Shown: positions 1 to 14,240, counted from the stretch's first letter. The stretch is DNA of 64,000 nucleotides from Paraphysomonas bandaiensis (GCA_965644295.1 CBFFRP010000079.1:62001-126000); one strand, 5' to 3'. Notes: generated by a model from the letters alone, not told the origin. Numbers and translations are program-made.

Positions 1-675
1 TAGTTGTGGTTTACCTCCGCCTAAGTTAGTAATTAATATACCATTGCTAATATAAACCTATGACTTCTATTTTCTATATGACGGGGTGCCACTCTCAAAA
101 ATATGGTAAGTCGAAATATTAAGATATTAAGTATAGATATAGAATGATGTACTTCTGCCATATAATCTAGCAACAGTACTACTCGCTGTAGGTTTTTATA
201 TACTTATTTATACAGATACGCAGTATATATTTTAATGATTTCACTAGATCCTTTTTCCTCTGTCGGTGGCCTTGCCTCTTCGCTTTTACAATATATAGAA
301 AGTTATCATACTTGCCCTCAATATAATGAATGACAAATGTTGAAAAATAGAAACTGACGAATTCTCACAGGCGGTCTCAAACAAAATTGAAATTCTAGGT
401 GACGGATACTCCGATCTTCTATCACCATCCCCGCCGAAGCTACTGTAGGAAGCAATTATGATACAAGAATAAGGATGAAGTAGTGTAAGTAGTAGTATGT
501 AGTATGAGATGAGAGGTAGATAGATAGTAGACTTTATCAGATCAGAAGATATAAGTATTAAGGCCAGATATAGGGTTAGAATGTATCGGAACAATCGATA
601 CATACGAATGAAACGGATGTTTGATGTTTATGGTTTATGGTAGCCCATAGAGAATTATGGTAGTATACATCTAGC

Positions 676-838
676 CCTGAAATCAACAGATGTCTGGTAT
701 ATATCAACATATCAACATTCTGCTATTCTGCTTGCTCACTGCGTTTGCTTTAAGTGATAGAGCGAAAGTTGTTGCACCTTGGCGCTTGCGGTGATGCACA
801 AGCAGCTTTCGTAGCGCGAAATAGTAGGATGATATCAG
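676..838 (+). mobile_element. Partial copy of dispersed SINE-like retroposon family A
   Basis: Contains the core GTTGCACCTTGGCGCTTGCGGTGATGCACAAGCAGCTTTCGTAGCG..TAGGAT, shared with 21361-21603(-), 22460-22650, 42096-42595 and 52800-53244(-). Confidence 0.7.
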
Positions 839-1543
839 TGATAAGCACTGTTAATAAATTGCTTTGCTACGTTACATCGTCTGACTCTTGCACGCTTATT
901 GCTAATAATAAAACATATGGGAGTAGGTGGTGGGATGTTTCGAATTTCTCTACAAAATTTCTGGAATAAGGTTGAGTGACACAGATTTTTATATATAGCA
1001 GAGAGCGAAAAAAGTGGGAGATTTCGTGAGTAAGAAGTACAGTTAAGTGTTGTGTGTTGCAAGAATGCTTTAGTGCTATTCCTATCCATGTTATCACCTG
1101 TGACCTGTGCACATAGAAAAGGATGATCAAGGAGACAGCCTCCCCCTCCCCTAGTTTTATTTTCGCCTTATCATTTCATTATTCATAAAATTCATATAAC
1201 ATTGATGAGTGAGTACATATACACAAGAAAAATAAAACTATCAGCCATGTTTACCCATTATTCTCTAGAGGGAAATCAATACAAAAAACAGAAAAAACTT
1301 AAAACGTCACATCTAGAGCGTAACTCCAACAGGCATAATATCAGCTGTAGGTATATGTTCACTACACCCGAATTCACAACTCCTTATATCAAAGCTGACC
1401 ACAATGAATTTATGACCACAAAACAATAAATCAACTGAATCACCCCAATTTCCGGACTAGTAGCATCGTCATTCAGTTGCAACAATGTATAGCACAAAAG
1501 ATAAATATCACACACTCTCCCTCCCGTATATGCACGTATCGAA

Positions 1544-4484
1544 CTAGCAGTGACTTTCTGCCATTAGGGCATCAAATAACTCAATGTTTAAAGGCTTTTC
1601 GAGAACATGATTGGCACCGCTCTCAAGGAAATAGTCCACATCTCCTGACATGACATTTCCTGTTACTCCTATTATTTTTAGTGATTTAAAACCCATCTCG
1701 CGAATTCGGCGCGTGGCTTCTGGCCCGTTCATCTGCATCAAAACCAAAATGAGATTGCAAAGTATAGGCTTCGTCGTATAGATATACACAATAACATTCG
1801 CAGTATCAATTTCATCATACACTTTTGAACATGTACACATAATCAACTTACGTTCGGCATTTGAAAATCCATCATGATGCAGCAGTAATGATCAGCAGCT
1901 GTAGTTTCCATCATCTTCAAGCAATCCACACCGTCTACTGCAGTGTCGCACTCGTATCCCCTTCTCGTCAAAATCCTAGTCAGTATTTTGCGATTGGACG
2001 CGACGTCGTCCACGACTAGAATTCTCAGGTGAGAAACAGCACATTGCGTGGACACTGGAACCACAGAGGATGTGGTCTTCGTGTTGGTAACAGAAAGAGT
2101 TGGAATCGGCGAATTCCGTACAGATAAGGCACTACACTGAGATGCGCTAGAAGAAATTGGCTTTGGCGTTGGCACAAGGGCATTCCGTACAACATCATTC
2201 TGAAAACGGTGGAGGGGAAATTCAATGTGAAAAGTTGTTCCCATACCAAGACCATCAGAGACAGCCCATATGGATCCATTATGCATTTCGACTATAGACT
2301 TCGATATCCACAGGCCAAGCCCACTCCCTTGCCCTGCTTGCAGCTCATTGGGGTTGAATTGTGCACCCTCCTTGAAAAGCAGTTTCTGGTCAGATTTCGA
2401 GATCCCTGCTCCATTATCGACAACGGATATGTGGAAAGAACCGTCCGGTCTGGCGTTAAGGTAAGAGATCACAGCACCATTGGCGTCAACACTGCTGTCA
2501 CTGGCGTCGATCTTCCATTTCACTTTTGGGGAACCCGAAGGAAACCATTCGCCTGACACTTGCACTACACTATTACGAGGACTAAACTTGAGAGAGTTTG
2601 ACACTACGTTCCTGATAACCTGGACACAGTAGCTCATGTAAGCAGATTACCACGAACGACAATATTACCGACAAGTTAAATAACAACGAACTATACATTG
2701 GGCATTATATATAGTAGTTACTCATAGCATACATATATGCGCACCTGTGCAATCCTGTTCTTATCACCCAGTACACAGAGTCGAGAGAGAGAACCATCTT
2801 CGTTGCCAGTTAACTGAAGAGATATGCCGGCTTCCTTCGCTTGAACTACAAATAAATTAACTGTACTTTGCAGGAGAGGCCAGATACACAGTGGCCGTCT
2901 GTCGATCTTCATCTGTCCCACCTCGATCTTATCGTACTGTAGAAGGTCGTTTAAAACAGTCACAGCCACCCCTGTACTATCTTGTATCTCATGGGTAAGT
3001 TGAACCAGTTCATTACACTTATTTGGTGGTAAAAAATCAGTGTTCAACTGCACCCCAGACCTAATACTATCAGTGCTATCTTGTGATCCTAAACGACTGA
3101 GTGGCTCCAATTCCTCTTCAAGTACGCGGAGGCCTAACTTCACCGTATTGAGGGGAGTTCGAATCTGTGTGCATCATTGTTAACGAAATATATCTTGCTA
3201 ATATAATGCACTCACCTCATGAGATACATAGCGCACAAATACTCGCTTCGCCTGTAAAACTTGTTCCTTTTCAGTGCTCTCTTTGTTTACAAAATAATCA
3301 TATGTTAAGAATAGACAAGAAGTGAAGATAATCACTGTTAAACTTATTGCAGTCGCCAGAATTGGGATATTGGTATGAAACTGATTATAGAACTTTTTCG
3401 TCGGATAAATAGTCATCGTATAATGTGCCTGAGTAGATGCCAGTGAATCAGATAAAACAGCAGGTCGGGAAATTCCCATAGAAGTGAACTCAGCATCGTG
3501 CAAGTCCCCCTCTCCTAACAACTGTGGAATGCCTTCAAGAAGTTCAAATGTATACGATTGTGTCTCCGACTGTATAACACAGTCTACGCCGTCGATACCC
3601 TTGGCCAGAATATTGTACATTGCCGTGTCCCATGAGAATGGAATGGATGTAAAGCCAACAACCTCATCGGGATTGTTACGGGGGTGGATAGGGCTATATA
3701 TAATGGTCGTTGGTCTGTATTCATCATCCCGAAGCAACTGAATCAAATCCGTCATAGCGGCACAGGTTTCAAATCCCTGCAGGCCACACTCATAGGCACT
3801 ATCAATTGCTTTCACTCTGCGCTCCTCGTGGTGCGAATTATACATCAATGTCTTGCTTGATCCATTCAAATAGTGAATCACAGGAGTAACGAATGTATAC
3901 TGAGAATGCTCCGTATATCCAGTAGTGTCATGATACCTAACAGGATGTTCTGGATCACTTTCATCAAATGAAAATACTCCAAACCCAAAAGAAGATGTTC
4001 CTGCATTAGGTGGAACAAGTGGATCCTGTTTTAATGCATATTCTGCAAATTTTTCAAATTTTTCAATATGATAATTATGTACTAATGGTAATATTTGAAA
4101 TTGTACATTAGCTAAACCTTCCATATCATCACTTAAATCTTGATAACCATTCATATATATATATGGCCATGTATCTTTATCAGGGTATGTTAAACTAGTG
4201 ATAGTTCCAATTAATTTAGATGCATATTTTGCACGTTTTAATGTTGAATTTAATTCAGAAAAAATTTCATATGATGCAGAATGAAACTGTGTATAAAAAA
4301 TTTTATGTTCAGATATCCATAAAATTTTATATGTAAATATTCCACTTGATATAATTAAAATAATAAAACAGATGCATAGGAGGATGCGAGAGATGTAGAT
4401 GTGTGAGGAGGTTGTATGAGAATGATTTGGGAGGTATGAAGAGAGTAGGGAGGTAATGAGAGGAATTGATGGTGTTGTTGACAT
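1544..4484 (-). CDS. Membrane hybrid histidine kinase (TM, extracellular CHASE-like sensor, TM, HisKA, HATPase_c, receiver); 3 introns
   Basis: H-box RYVSHE|IRTPLN (split by an intron at 3165-3215), N-box VIRNVVSNSLKF, G1 DNGAGI, G2 GSGLGL, and receiver ILVVDD...MDFQMP|MNG...KP. Two hydrophobic segments flank the sensor region. Start ATG taken at 4484 because the upstream ORF extension is TACA microsatellite. Confidence 0.9.
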
Positions 4485-4959
4485 GTAGAGAGATGAGGAA
4501 AGATGGAAGGAGGGGGGTAGATGTAGAATTAATGGAGTTATCAGAACAATTACTGTGTGAATGTGTATGTATATATATGTGTATATATATGTGTATATAT
4601 ATGTCTGTATGTATATGTATGTATGTGTATGTATGTGTATGTATGTATCGTATGAAGTGGTAAGATGTACGTATGTGTGTCCATATCCATCTATATCTAG
4701 ACATATATACGTACATATACATAGAGATCTCAAGAGAAAGTAGAAGTTTACTACAACTTTTTGTCCACTGACGATTGTTGAGTGTCAGAAAAGGGATTAA
4801 GGGATTTTATTACATGGACATCGTTAGATAAGGGACGAAAATCCAGATATTAAGATAAAAGTGGTGTATTTAGGGATAATAGAGGCATATTATGAATAAA
4901 AGAGGGGTATTTAGAGAAAATAAAAGGATAAAAGTGGGATATTTAACACATAGGGATGA

Positions 4960-5610
4960 AATAAATGTATGGAGGGATGAAATAGATGTTTTTTGGGATA
5001 AAAGTGGTGTATTAGGGATGAAATAGATGTTTTTAGGGATAAAAGTGGTGTTTTTAGGGATGAAATAGATGTTTTTAGGGATAAAAGTGGTGTACTAGGG
5101 TTAAAAGTGGTGTATTAGGGATGAAATAGGTGTTTTTAGGGATAAAAGTGGTGTATTAGGGATGAAATAGGTGTTTTTAGGGATAAAAGTGGTGTATTAG
5201 GGATGAAATAGGTGTTTTTAGGGATAAAAGTGGTGTATTAGGGATGAAATAGGTGTTTTTAGGGATAAAAGTGGTGTATTAGGGATGAAATAGATGTTTT
5301 TAGGGATAAAAGTGGTGTATTAGGGATGAAATAGATGTTTTTAGGGATAAAAGTGGTGTATTAGGGATGAAATAGATGTTTTTAGGGATAAAAGTGGTGT
5401 ATTAGGGATGAAATAGGTGTTTTTAGGGATAAAAGAGGTGTATTAGGGATGAAATAGATGTTTTTAGGGATAAAAGTGGTGTACTAGGGATGAAATAGGT
5501 GTTTTTAGGGATAAAAGTGGTGTATTAGGGATGAAATAGATGTTTTTAGGGATAAAAGTGGTGTACTAGGGTTAAAAGTATTGTTTTTAGGGGATAAAAG
5601 AGGGGTATTT
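4960..5610. repeat. 41-bp minisatellite (TAGGGATGAAATAGRTGTTTT + TAGGGATAAAAGTGGTGTAT), about 14 units with degenerate edges
   Basis: Directly visible tandem array; period 41 (e.g. GATGAAATAG at 5161 and 5202). Confidence 0.95.
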
Positions 5611-5890
5611 GCTACTGTATATAGATATCTGTAAACATACTCTGTATATATACACATACATATATACACATACAGGAGATCCATATATAAACACCACGCT
5701 CTCTCATCACACTCTCACTCATCTTCTCATACAGTAGCTTTAGATCCCATTCAACACATCTAGAAATCTCATTCATATGATTATTACATAAAATCAAATA
5801 AGGGACAGCAAACGACAATAAGGGACATACATCTCTCTCTTTCTTTCTTTCTTTCTATTAAGAAACATATACAACTATAGTTACTTACTT

Positions 5891-8286
5891 ATGGCATATA
5901 CACATACTGCATCAATACATGCATATCTTGGTCATGATATGGAAGATGTACATGAAAGAATATTCCTTGAATCTGGAACAGAGATTACATTGCCAGTATT
6001 ATATTTAGATGAAGTGATACTATTTCCTACTGAAACTTTACCATTACGTATAAAAAATATGAATTTAGTAAGTTATTTACGTACACGTGGGGAACAATCA
6101 AATGGATCAAATATTGGGGCACATCCTGTTATTATTGGTGTTATTGGTAGATATTTTATTGAAAATGATGGTACTCCTGTTATTCCATATGTGGGTACTG
6201 TGATTGAAGCTGTTGCAACAAAGTATGAAGGGGAGACAGCTGTGGTAATGGCTAAAGGAAGGTGTCGATTCCACGTTCTTTCGAGGTATATTGACAATGT
6301 ATACAACGTCGTCATGGTCCGTGGAAGAGTTCTCAGTGACGAGGTATGCACATTCTCTCCAGGTGCTTCTAATCTCCACAAAGATGAGTTTTATATGGTG
6401 GCCAACCCTCTACCTAGTTGGGTAAGTATGAAAAATAGTTTACAAAGTTGAAGTTTCCTTGCTACTTTTTATGCTCAGTAGTATTTCTGCTTACTGTTCG
6501 ACTCAGTATGCTAACTATGACTGTAGGTATACAAGTTTTATGACCCGTACCATCTTATGAATCGTGCGAAGGAACTACAACGTAAACTGGTAAACTATAT
6601 TTCAGAATACATTGTGTTACAGTGGTGCAGATTGTTAATGAATTGAGTTTCTAGTATTGAGTAGTCTTGAACATAAGTGTACTTTCCATAATCATTCTGT
6701 GTGTTATTTGTAGCACTCCTTCGACCACCATTCCTCTACCGATTCCCAGTCTTCTCGCACTATGAGTCTCAGTGACGAATCAGATGAATCCCAGGAGGAG
6801 TCTGGTGGCTATATGACTGCAGACGAAGGTGGAGGCTGTGTCACTGAAGCGTCAACGCAGAGACAGAGTGTATCGGAAGAACTAAAGGCAGATAGTGACA
6901 ATGATCGAGATGATAACAGTTACGATAACCTACTTGAGTGTGATGAGCGTATAGAGGACCCAGTGAATTATTCCTTTAGAGTTGCTGGTGATCTTGTTTT
7001 GCCTGACAGTGATCGCCAGAAACTTTTAGAAGCTAATGGAGTGGCTGATCGTCTCAGGTACCTCTTTTTCTTGTGTGTACCTGAAAGTATATCTATAATT
7101 GTATATACCTACATATATATGAAGGGATGAATGCATGATTAGTTTATAGGATTTTGTTAGTTGTTTGCCATGCAGCTTTTTCTCGGTGCTATAGTTTTAT
7201 TTTTTCGTATTTCATTCGTGTTGTGGGTGGGCAGGTTAATTGTTGATTATCTTGAGGATAAAATAGCATATTTTGAATGTCGCCACACTACAGGATCTAT
7301 ATATCCCGAAACCCCTTCTCGCAACGTTGATGAATCTGAGGAGGAATCAGTGTCATCTCCAAGTGGTATTTCTGCCTCACGATCTCGTGTGGGACCCGCA
7401 GGAGTGTTAGCGCTTCATTGTAAGGATTGCATGTCTGTGGTTGCGCGGGAGGATATGGTGTTTCAAGTACCTGGAGCCCAAGGAGCTGTTGGGGCGTATG
7501 TTAATCCACACGGGTATGCAAATCACTCGTTTTATGATTTTGCGATTTGTCTGTTTGCGTAGTAGTTATTAAATTCATGACAATGGTAGCTAGTCATTTA
7601 AAACGTCGCTAGTATTATTCCCGGGAGACGTACTATGAGATAGCTATATTTTGACGTTCTTATTTATTGTAGATGCGTGCACCAAACGGTGACTGTGAGA
7701 AAAATATTGCAGTCCAAGGTTTTGTGTCACGGGCGCCCAAGTAATGAAGACACGTACGTATTGTGTCTTTGCAGTGCACTATTAATTTGTGTATTTCATT
7801 ATATAATTGTTTTCCAGTTATATTTTTTGGATTTTTGTTTTGTGTTATCAGGCGTAGAATGCGTTTTGACGTGATACGTGCAGGTGGTTTCCTGGTTACT
7901 CATGGACAATTGCGTACTGTGGCAACTGCTACAATCATTTAGGGTGGAAGTTTACGCTGGACCCTGTTACTGACCCGGGAATAGACCAGTCAGTTTTGTG
8001 TAAGAGTTTCTGGTGAGAGACATTACCTTGTATAAGTATTCGCCAGACATTTACAACTCTATTTCAATTATTTTATGCACTTGCAACAGTACATTTTTTG
8101 AGTCCGTCGTTATACTCATTTTACTTTCACCTGTATTTTTTTCTTTTTGAATCACCTTGTGCTGGTTATAGGGGTCTGAGGAGGTCAGCTGTGTGCAGTG
8201 GGATTGCTTGTAGTAGTGATATGTCGGAAACTTCTTTTCACCCGGGGCGAAACGTTGCGGCATTTATAGAATCACTTTTCTCTTAA
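5891..8286 (+). CDS. CRBN: Cereblon homolog (LON-N domain, acidic insert, CULT/thalidomide-binding domain); multi-exon
   Basis: N-terminal HAYLGHDMEDV...LPVL...ILFPTETLPL. CULT domain with CKDC, YVNPHG, WFPGYSWTIAYCGNCYNHLGWKF assembled across GT-AG introns. Confidence 0.9.
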
Positions 8287-8712
8287 TCCTTTTTCCTCTA
8301 CTCATTGTATATAAGCACAAAATACGAAGCATTCACGTCTGCTGCAGCCATGACTAATATCAATGTGTATGCAATATTTTATATGATTTTATGCTGTTAA
8401 TAATATGACCGTCTTATATAGTATTCGGCTTCATGTCTTTGAGTACTATGTGTCAGAAGTTTAAGACAAAGACAAGCAATGAATGCATCACAACAGTTTC
8501 TAATCAATAAGCAGTGATACTAATTCTGCTACGACGAAGTGTCTGATATTTAGTGAGGTAATAAATGATTATTACACCGAACCATGATATAAGATATAAT
8601 ACTCTGTAATGCCAGTACTATAGAATAAAATTTTATTATCACGTTATGGCCAATACATATATCTTAACTCCACTATTTATAATAATAAAATCCTTCACGT
8701 GCATCACAAAAA

Positions 8713-11700
8713 CTACTTGGCTTTGTACCAACTATCGGCACATTTTGCATCAACTTCTAGTTTGACTACACAATACAAATTAGAAATAATATACAGAAAA
8801 AGTTCCGCGTACCTCTAAGCGGAGACAATCCAAAATTGTCAAAGGGGCTTTCCATGCATGACTTCACTTCAGCCATAGCCTGAAAAGAACAAATGAAACA
8901 CAGTGCAATATATATATCTATATCTTCAAACCTCCGCACTGCTCTCCTTTGGTCCTTCAAGTATCACCTCGTCATGAATCTGGAGTACGAGTTTCCAACC
9001 CAGCTTTTGCAGTTTCTCACTATCCCACAGCTTAAGCATAGCCATGATAACGACATCCGCAGCGCTGCCCTGATAATACATATGTTACGACCCGTAGAAT
9101 GTGACTTACATGCACTATTGAGGAATATCTACCTGTATCGGAGTATTGATAGCTGCTCTCATAGCCCTTCCAATTGCAGCTCTCATTGTACCACTCATTT
9201 CACTATCTCTATTTTGTCTCAGTGTCGCCTCTGGTAGATGACGACACCTGTGTATCCAGTATCCATATAACTCATTGACTTAGAAAGCAATAACGAAATA
9301 ACTCACCGTCCCATCAAGGTGCGGACATACCCAAAGCGTGTAGCGTGAGCTTTCATTTTCGTCTGCCAATTCTTTACCTGGCGTCCACGAATAGCATCAC
9401 TCTCAGTAGAAGATCATTCGGTTTGACGTACGTACCTCGGGTCTATCGGCATACCATGCTTCAAGAGTATCCGTAGCCTCTTCTTTCGAGATTCCCCTGA
9501 AAATAATGTTACATATGATATCAGAATATCATTTATACACACCAGTCTTGCGCGAGTCCATGAACTGTCTTCCCATACGCGATAGAAAAATTAAGTGTTT
9601 TAGCTTTTCGCCTCTCACTCGCATAAACATCTTTCACTAGAGGACAGGGAGGATCGCCCTACATTCAGAGGATCTTAACTCAACAACCAACGCAATATAT
9701 TCAACAATGTGTGACATTTCAGTCTATATAACTTTAACGTAGTACAGAAAAAAACACAAATATAACTTTAACAAATATACACATAGGCAGCGCCACTTTG
9801 TAATTGCACCTTCGAATAGTCCCATTCTAGCAAAACCTTCCCCGATTCCACTGCCTCTCGAATATATGGATACATACCCATCGCTGTACGACTGTGAAAG
9901 CACCCTCCTGACTCAAATGCTTGTAACATACTCTACAGTTTGCATAATTAAGATAGAATAAAATAAAATCTCCAACCTCGCATTGGGTAATATGAGCCAA
10001 CAAGCGCAACTCCAGCTGACCATAGTCCGCAACTATAAGAGCACATCCTTCCTCTGCAACAAACGCATCCCGAATCTTGTATTGGTCTTTCTCTAGTGCT
10101 GGCTGGTTCTGCAGATTAGGTCGACGTGCACTCAGCCGACCTGTCTCTGTGTTGAGATTCAGCGAGCAGTGCACTCGACTCTTGTCGTCAACCATTGCCT
10201 GAAAATCGAATATACGAAATCACACGTACAAAATATTCGTGACACAGTGATGTCACCTGCAACGGAACAAGAAAATTCGTAATCATTGTGTCCACTTGAG
10301 CTACTTTTGCTAATGCTCCTGCAACGAAACAGTTATAAATCACTTGCAAGGAGAGATTCTGTCAGCTACCAAGAGCTCGGCACCCCTCTTTTCCAATCTT
10401 ATCGTAAGCTTTTCCCCACACTGCATCTTTCTCTGAATAGTATTGGCATGAGTCCACAATTACATGCAGCATAACCTTTCTTACCGTCTCCGAATAGATC
10501 ATGTCCAGCAAGTTCCATCAACACATCTATTGATACTTTCGCAGCCCCTAAAGTCTATGGTAACTACATCTCAAAAAAGTCAATAATTAACAAACCGGAA
10601 GGAGTAAACGAATTAGGAGTAAGTCCGATGGTTTCAATAACCACTTCTGAATTCTTCTTAGGGGCCACTTGGGGTAAAAAACTTTCCTGAACCTTCCTAA
10701 CATTGACACTCTCATTGACTGGAGCAGTGCCATAAAGACATTCACGAATTCTCGCACGAAGCGTATTCCCATCGCCACTGATGTTTAATCCCCTAGAAAC
10801 CACGATTACATACACATCTCGCAAAACTTCGCATAATTAGACCCACATGGAGTTGCACACATCGCACAAATCATCATAGTCCATATCATCATAGTCGTCG
10901 GTGCTACTGGAGCTCACTTTCTGGTCATATTCTAACAGTCGGGCCACCAGCTCAGATTTCTTGCCAGTGGTCTGCAACGAAGTAAAAAGAAACGAAATAA
11001 AGCTTCTAACCGCAAACTTTACAAAATCTACCTGTAAGCCTCTGTCCTTAAGAAGTTTCTTCAGCTCTGCAACCAATTTGTCTATAACACAGAGCTGATT
11101 AACATGAAATAGTCATCACTGCAGTGCCATAACTACCAGCATAAGGATTGGAAGGTGCGCGGCCATCCGCTGGACTCAATTTGGGAACAGAATCATCATT
11201 GCTACTAGAGCTCTCTTTCTGGTCATATTCTAACAGTCGGGCCACCAGCTCAGATTTCTTGCCAGTGGTCTGCAACGAAGTAAAAAGAAACGAAATAAAG
11301 CTTCTAACCGCAAACTTTACAAAATCTACCTGTAAGCCTCTGTCCTTAAGAAGTTTCTTCAGCTCTGCAACCAATTTGCCTATAACACAGAGCTGATTAA
11401 CATTAAATAGTCATCACTGCAGTGTCATAACTACCAGCATAAGGATTGGAGGGTGCGTTGATATCGTCTGGATTCTCTGAACTACTTGAATTCTCCAACT
11501 AATAAAAGAGTTATACAGCCGTTTTTTACCAATACACTGCAATCACCATGAATGATTTCGTTGTACATATCAGCTCGCGATTTTTATAGGTCCCGAATAA
11601 TATTTGCTATACAAATAAGTTCAATACAAAGTGATAAAACTAAATCTGCTACCTGAATTTGCGACGTGCTTGCAATATTTAACAGGTGGGCATCCTTCGT

Positions 11701-13429
11701 AACGTGTTTAGCGGCCCATTCGATGAACATTTCCTTGTACTAACAATAGCAGCATTAAACTTCCTGGTAAATATAGTACGTGTTTGATAATGCCAACCTG
11801 AGCACGCTCTTCTCTAGCCTTCACTTCTGCCTGCTTCACATGACCCTCCGCATCCACCTTTCACAACAGAGCACTATTATCTACAACTACAGTAGACAAA
11901 AAGTACGCAAGGTCTTGCCACTGCGTTGCACCTTTACCTTGATTCCAGCACGCTCCATATCTGTCAAAAGCTCTCCAAATCTTCTCAAATACTGCATGTA
12001 ACTTATTATATATATAGTTATGTAGGATAAATGTGACTGTAAAAACGAATGCACAGCAACATACCAATTCGTAGTAGTCATACATAGTCCCCAAGACTAC
12101 GTCCTCTACAATCCATTTCTCCTCCATTAAATTCTTCTCAAGCGCATGATGAAGCCACCTATTACAATGCACATAATTTAGACTACACTCTATGCTCGGC
12201 AATGAAAAGTCTACATATTCCAAATAGAAGTGGTAATGCAACACGAGGACGTTCAATACATGCCACAAATAGAAAAAACGTGTACAATAATTAAAAGTAC
12301 TATACCAGGTGGCAACTGCATCTCGGGCCGAATATTTTATCCATAATTGGCGATGCGCTGGATCTCGCTGTAGTTCCCATACCGATGGTAGTGTCGTCAC
12401 CTATGTGGCAAGAACCACAGTTGCAATGACAAATTATGAGTCAAGACTTATAAATGGCAAATGTTAGCAAACATAATACATGGATCATTGTTGCCGAAAA
12501 ATATGTTGGGTACACGTGAAATATAAAGAACAAATATACATATACATTAAGTAAATACCTTCGATAATGTACCACTCTTAAGCTGCTTCGGTACACTAAA
12601 CAGTTTCTGTTCCACACCATTAAGAGTATCGTGGGACTGAATGAAAACTATAGATTACCTTCATGGGTATTTTAGAAAATCTGCTGTCCATTGGATACAA
12701 AAGGTTAGTGAGACTCTCAAGAGAATACCCTTTGTTTTTGCTGCCTATACACACTATATAAGAACTCAGACGACATTATCCCGTCCTGTACCTTCCGTTT
12801 TGTTGAGTGAACTATTCCACAAGCGGGCCATGTGCATAGTGTCTCCTACAAACACATCACATAAGTAATAAAAATATAAGTAATTAACATAAAATATTAT
12901 AAATATCAATACCTGCAAAACCCTTACAATCAATCCCTTCATTATACATGACATGTCGATCAAATCCATAATTATGCCAAACTTTTTTATATATCGGATT
13001 TTCAAACCATTCTTTAAATTCTTGAAGTATACCACATGAAGCATCAATGTTTTCTATCCATAATGTACCACCTTTACCATCCCCAAAATCTATATGAGGT
13101 CCACCATATATAGATACACATGTAACTTTGCCATGACCAACTGGACCTTGTGTATTAAAATCAATATCAGCAACTTCTGTATCACATGCCCATATTGTAT
13201 CCGTATGAGATGATAGAATTGATAATACATTTAACGCATCTTGTTTATTTAATATGTATGTGATGATATCATCCTCTGTATGTGTGATCTCAGCTAATGG
13301 CGTCGTTGATATGTCTTGGGAAGGTGTTTCTATATCATGAATATGTGTTGATATCATTCGTGTGAAAGAATAGGAAGGAGGATGATAGATGGGTCGGATA
13401 TGCCTTATGACACGATGTAATAACATCAT
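8713..13429 (-). CDS. Organellar family-A DNA polymerase (POP type; 3'-5' exonuclease plus polymerase) with SAP-domain insert; many introns
   Basis: Exo motifs ACDTEV, KVWHNYGFDRH and YSARDA. Pol motifs ETGRLSARRPNLQNQP, ADYGQLELRLLAH, RRKAKTLNFSIAYG, RAAINTPIQG and QIHDEV. C-terminus DAKCADSWYKAK*. The Arg-rich, acid-free N-terminus resembles a mitochondrial presequence. Confidence 0.92.
10902..11457. repeat. Intragenic tandem duplication (period 298 bp) of a SAP-domain module including its introns
   Basis: 10902-11159 and 11200-11457 are near-identical, including intron sequence. Each encodes YADKLVAELKKLLKDRGLQ|TTGKKSELVARLLEY. Confidence 0.92.
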
Positions 13430-14075
13430 ATGAGGGTATGTATATATATGTATGTATATATAAGTATGTATGTGTATGTGTATGTATGTATGTGTGTGTG
13501 TTATGGGATACTTCTTTTATATATCTTGAAGGGTCATTATATCAATAGATAGTATATATAATCCTATAGATGAAGTAGTGTAATGAATATACTTCTAGTT
13601 ATTAACGTACTATAGTGCTATTGTGGACTTCACTTCACACCTTTTAAACTGACCTCCACCACAATAATATACAGAGTATATGTGTTGGAAATATATATTA
13701 TTGAACACAACACATAAAAATTTGGGATATTAATGAGAAAACCCCCAATTTTCTATTTAATTTTCCTACAAAATTCATTTGTACACTCTGTCCCATGTGT
13801 ACCACAAAAGTAAAGATTTTAAACAATTAGGTTGTGCCTAAAACTTACTTTTTGGAAAACTCCCATATTTTTAGCTGTATATTGTTTTTTGATGTATATT
13901 TGTTACACAACGAAAAAAAGGCATTTTTTATGCTTAGTCGACTTTTTCTCCAATTGAAATTTCTTAAAAAGTAGAATTTATAATAATATAGCATATATGT
14001 ACTGTATGTATGTGTACATACTGTATCTTCAACCACCCCCTGTCGACGAGTGTGAAACTCGCTCTTCCACATACT

Positions 14076-14240
14076 CTGTAGGAATTCAGTCTGTGGGAAT
14101 AAGTCGATCCAGCAAAAAAGCCAGGCTTTTTTGATGCATGTTGTTTTTTGACGAATATATTTCATAGAAATAACGAAAAAAGGTCGATTTTTTTGCTGGA
14201 TCGACATATTCTGCTATTCCCACAGACAGAATTCCTGCAG
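14076..14240. mobile_element. MITE-like foldback element with 45-50 bp terminal inverted repeats
   Basis: CTGTAGGAATTCAGTCTGTGGGAATA..GTCGATCCAGCAAAAAA pairs with TTTTTTGCTGGATCGAC..TATTCCCACAGACAGAATTCCTGCAG. No TSD seen. Confidence 0.6.

Noticed and set aside
286-1429. Short ORFs at the window start
   Set aside because: No recognisable motifs or consistent exon chain; one overlaps a retroposon fragment.
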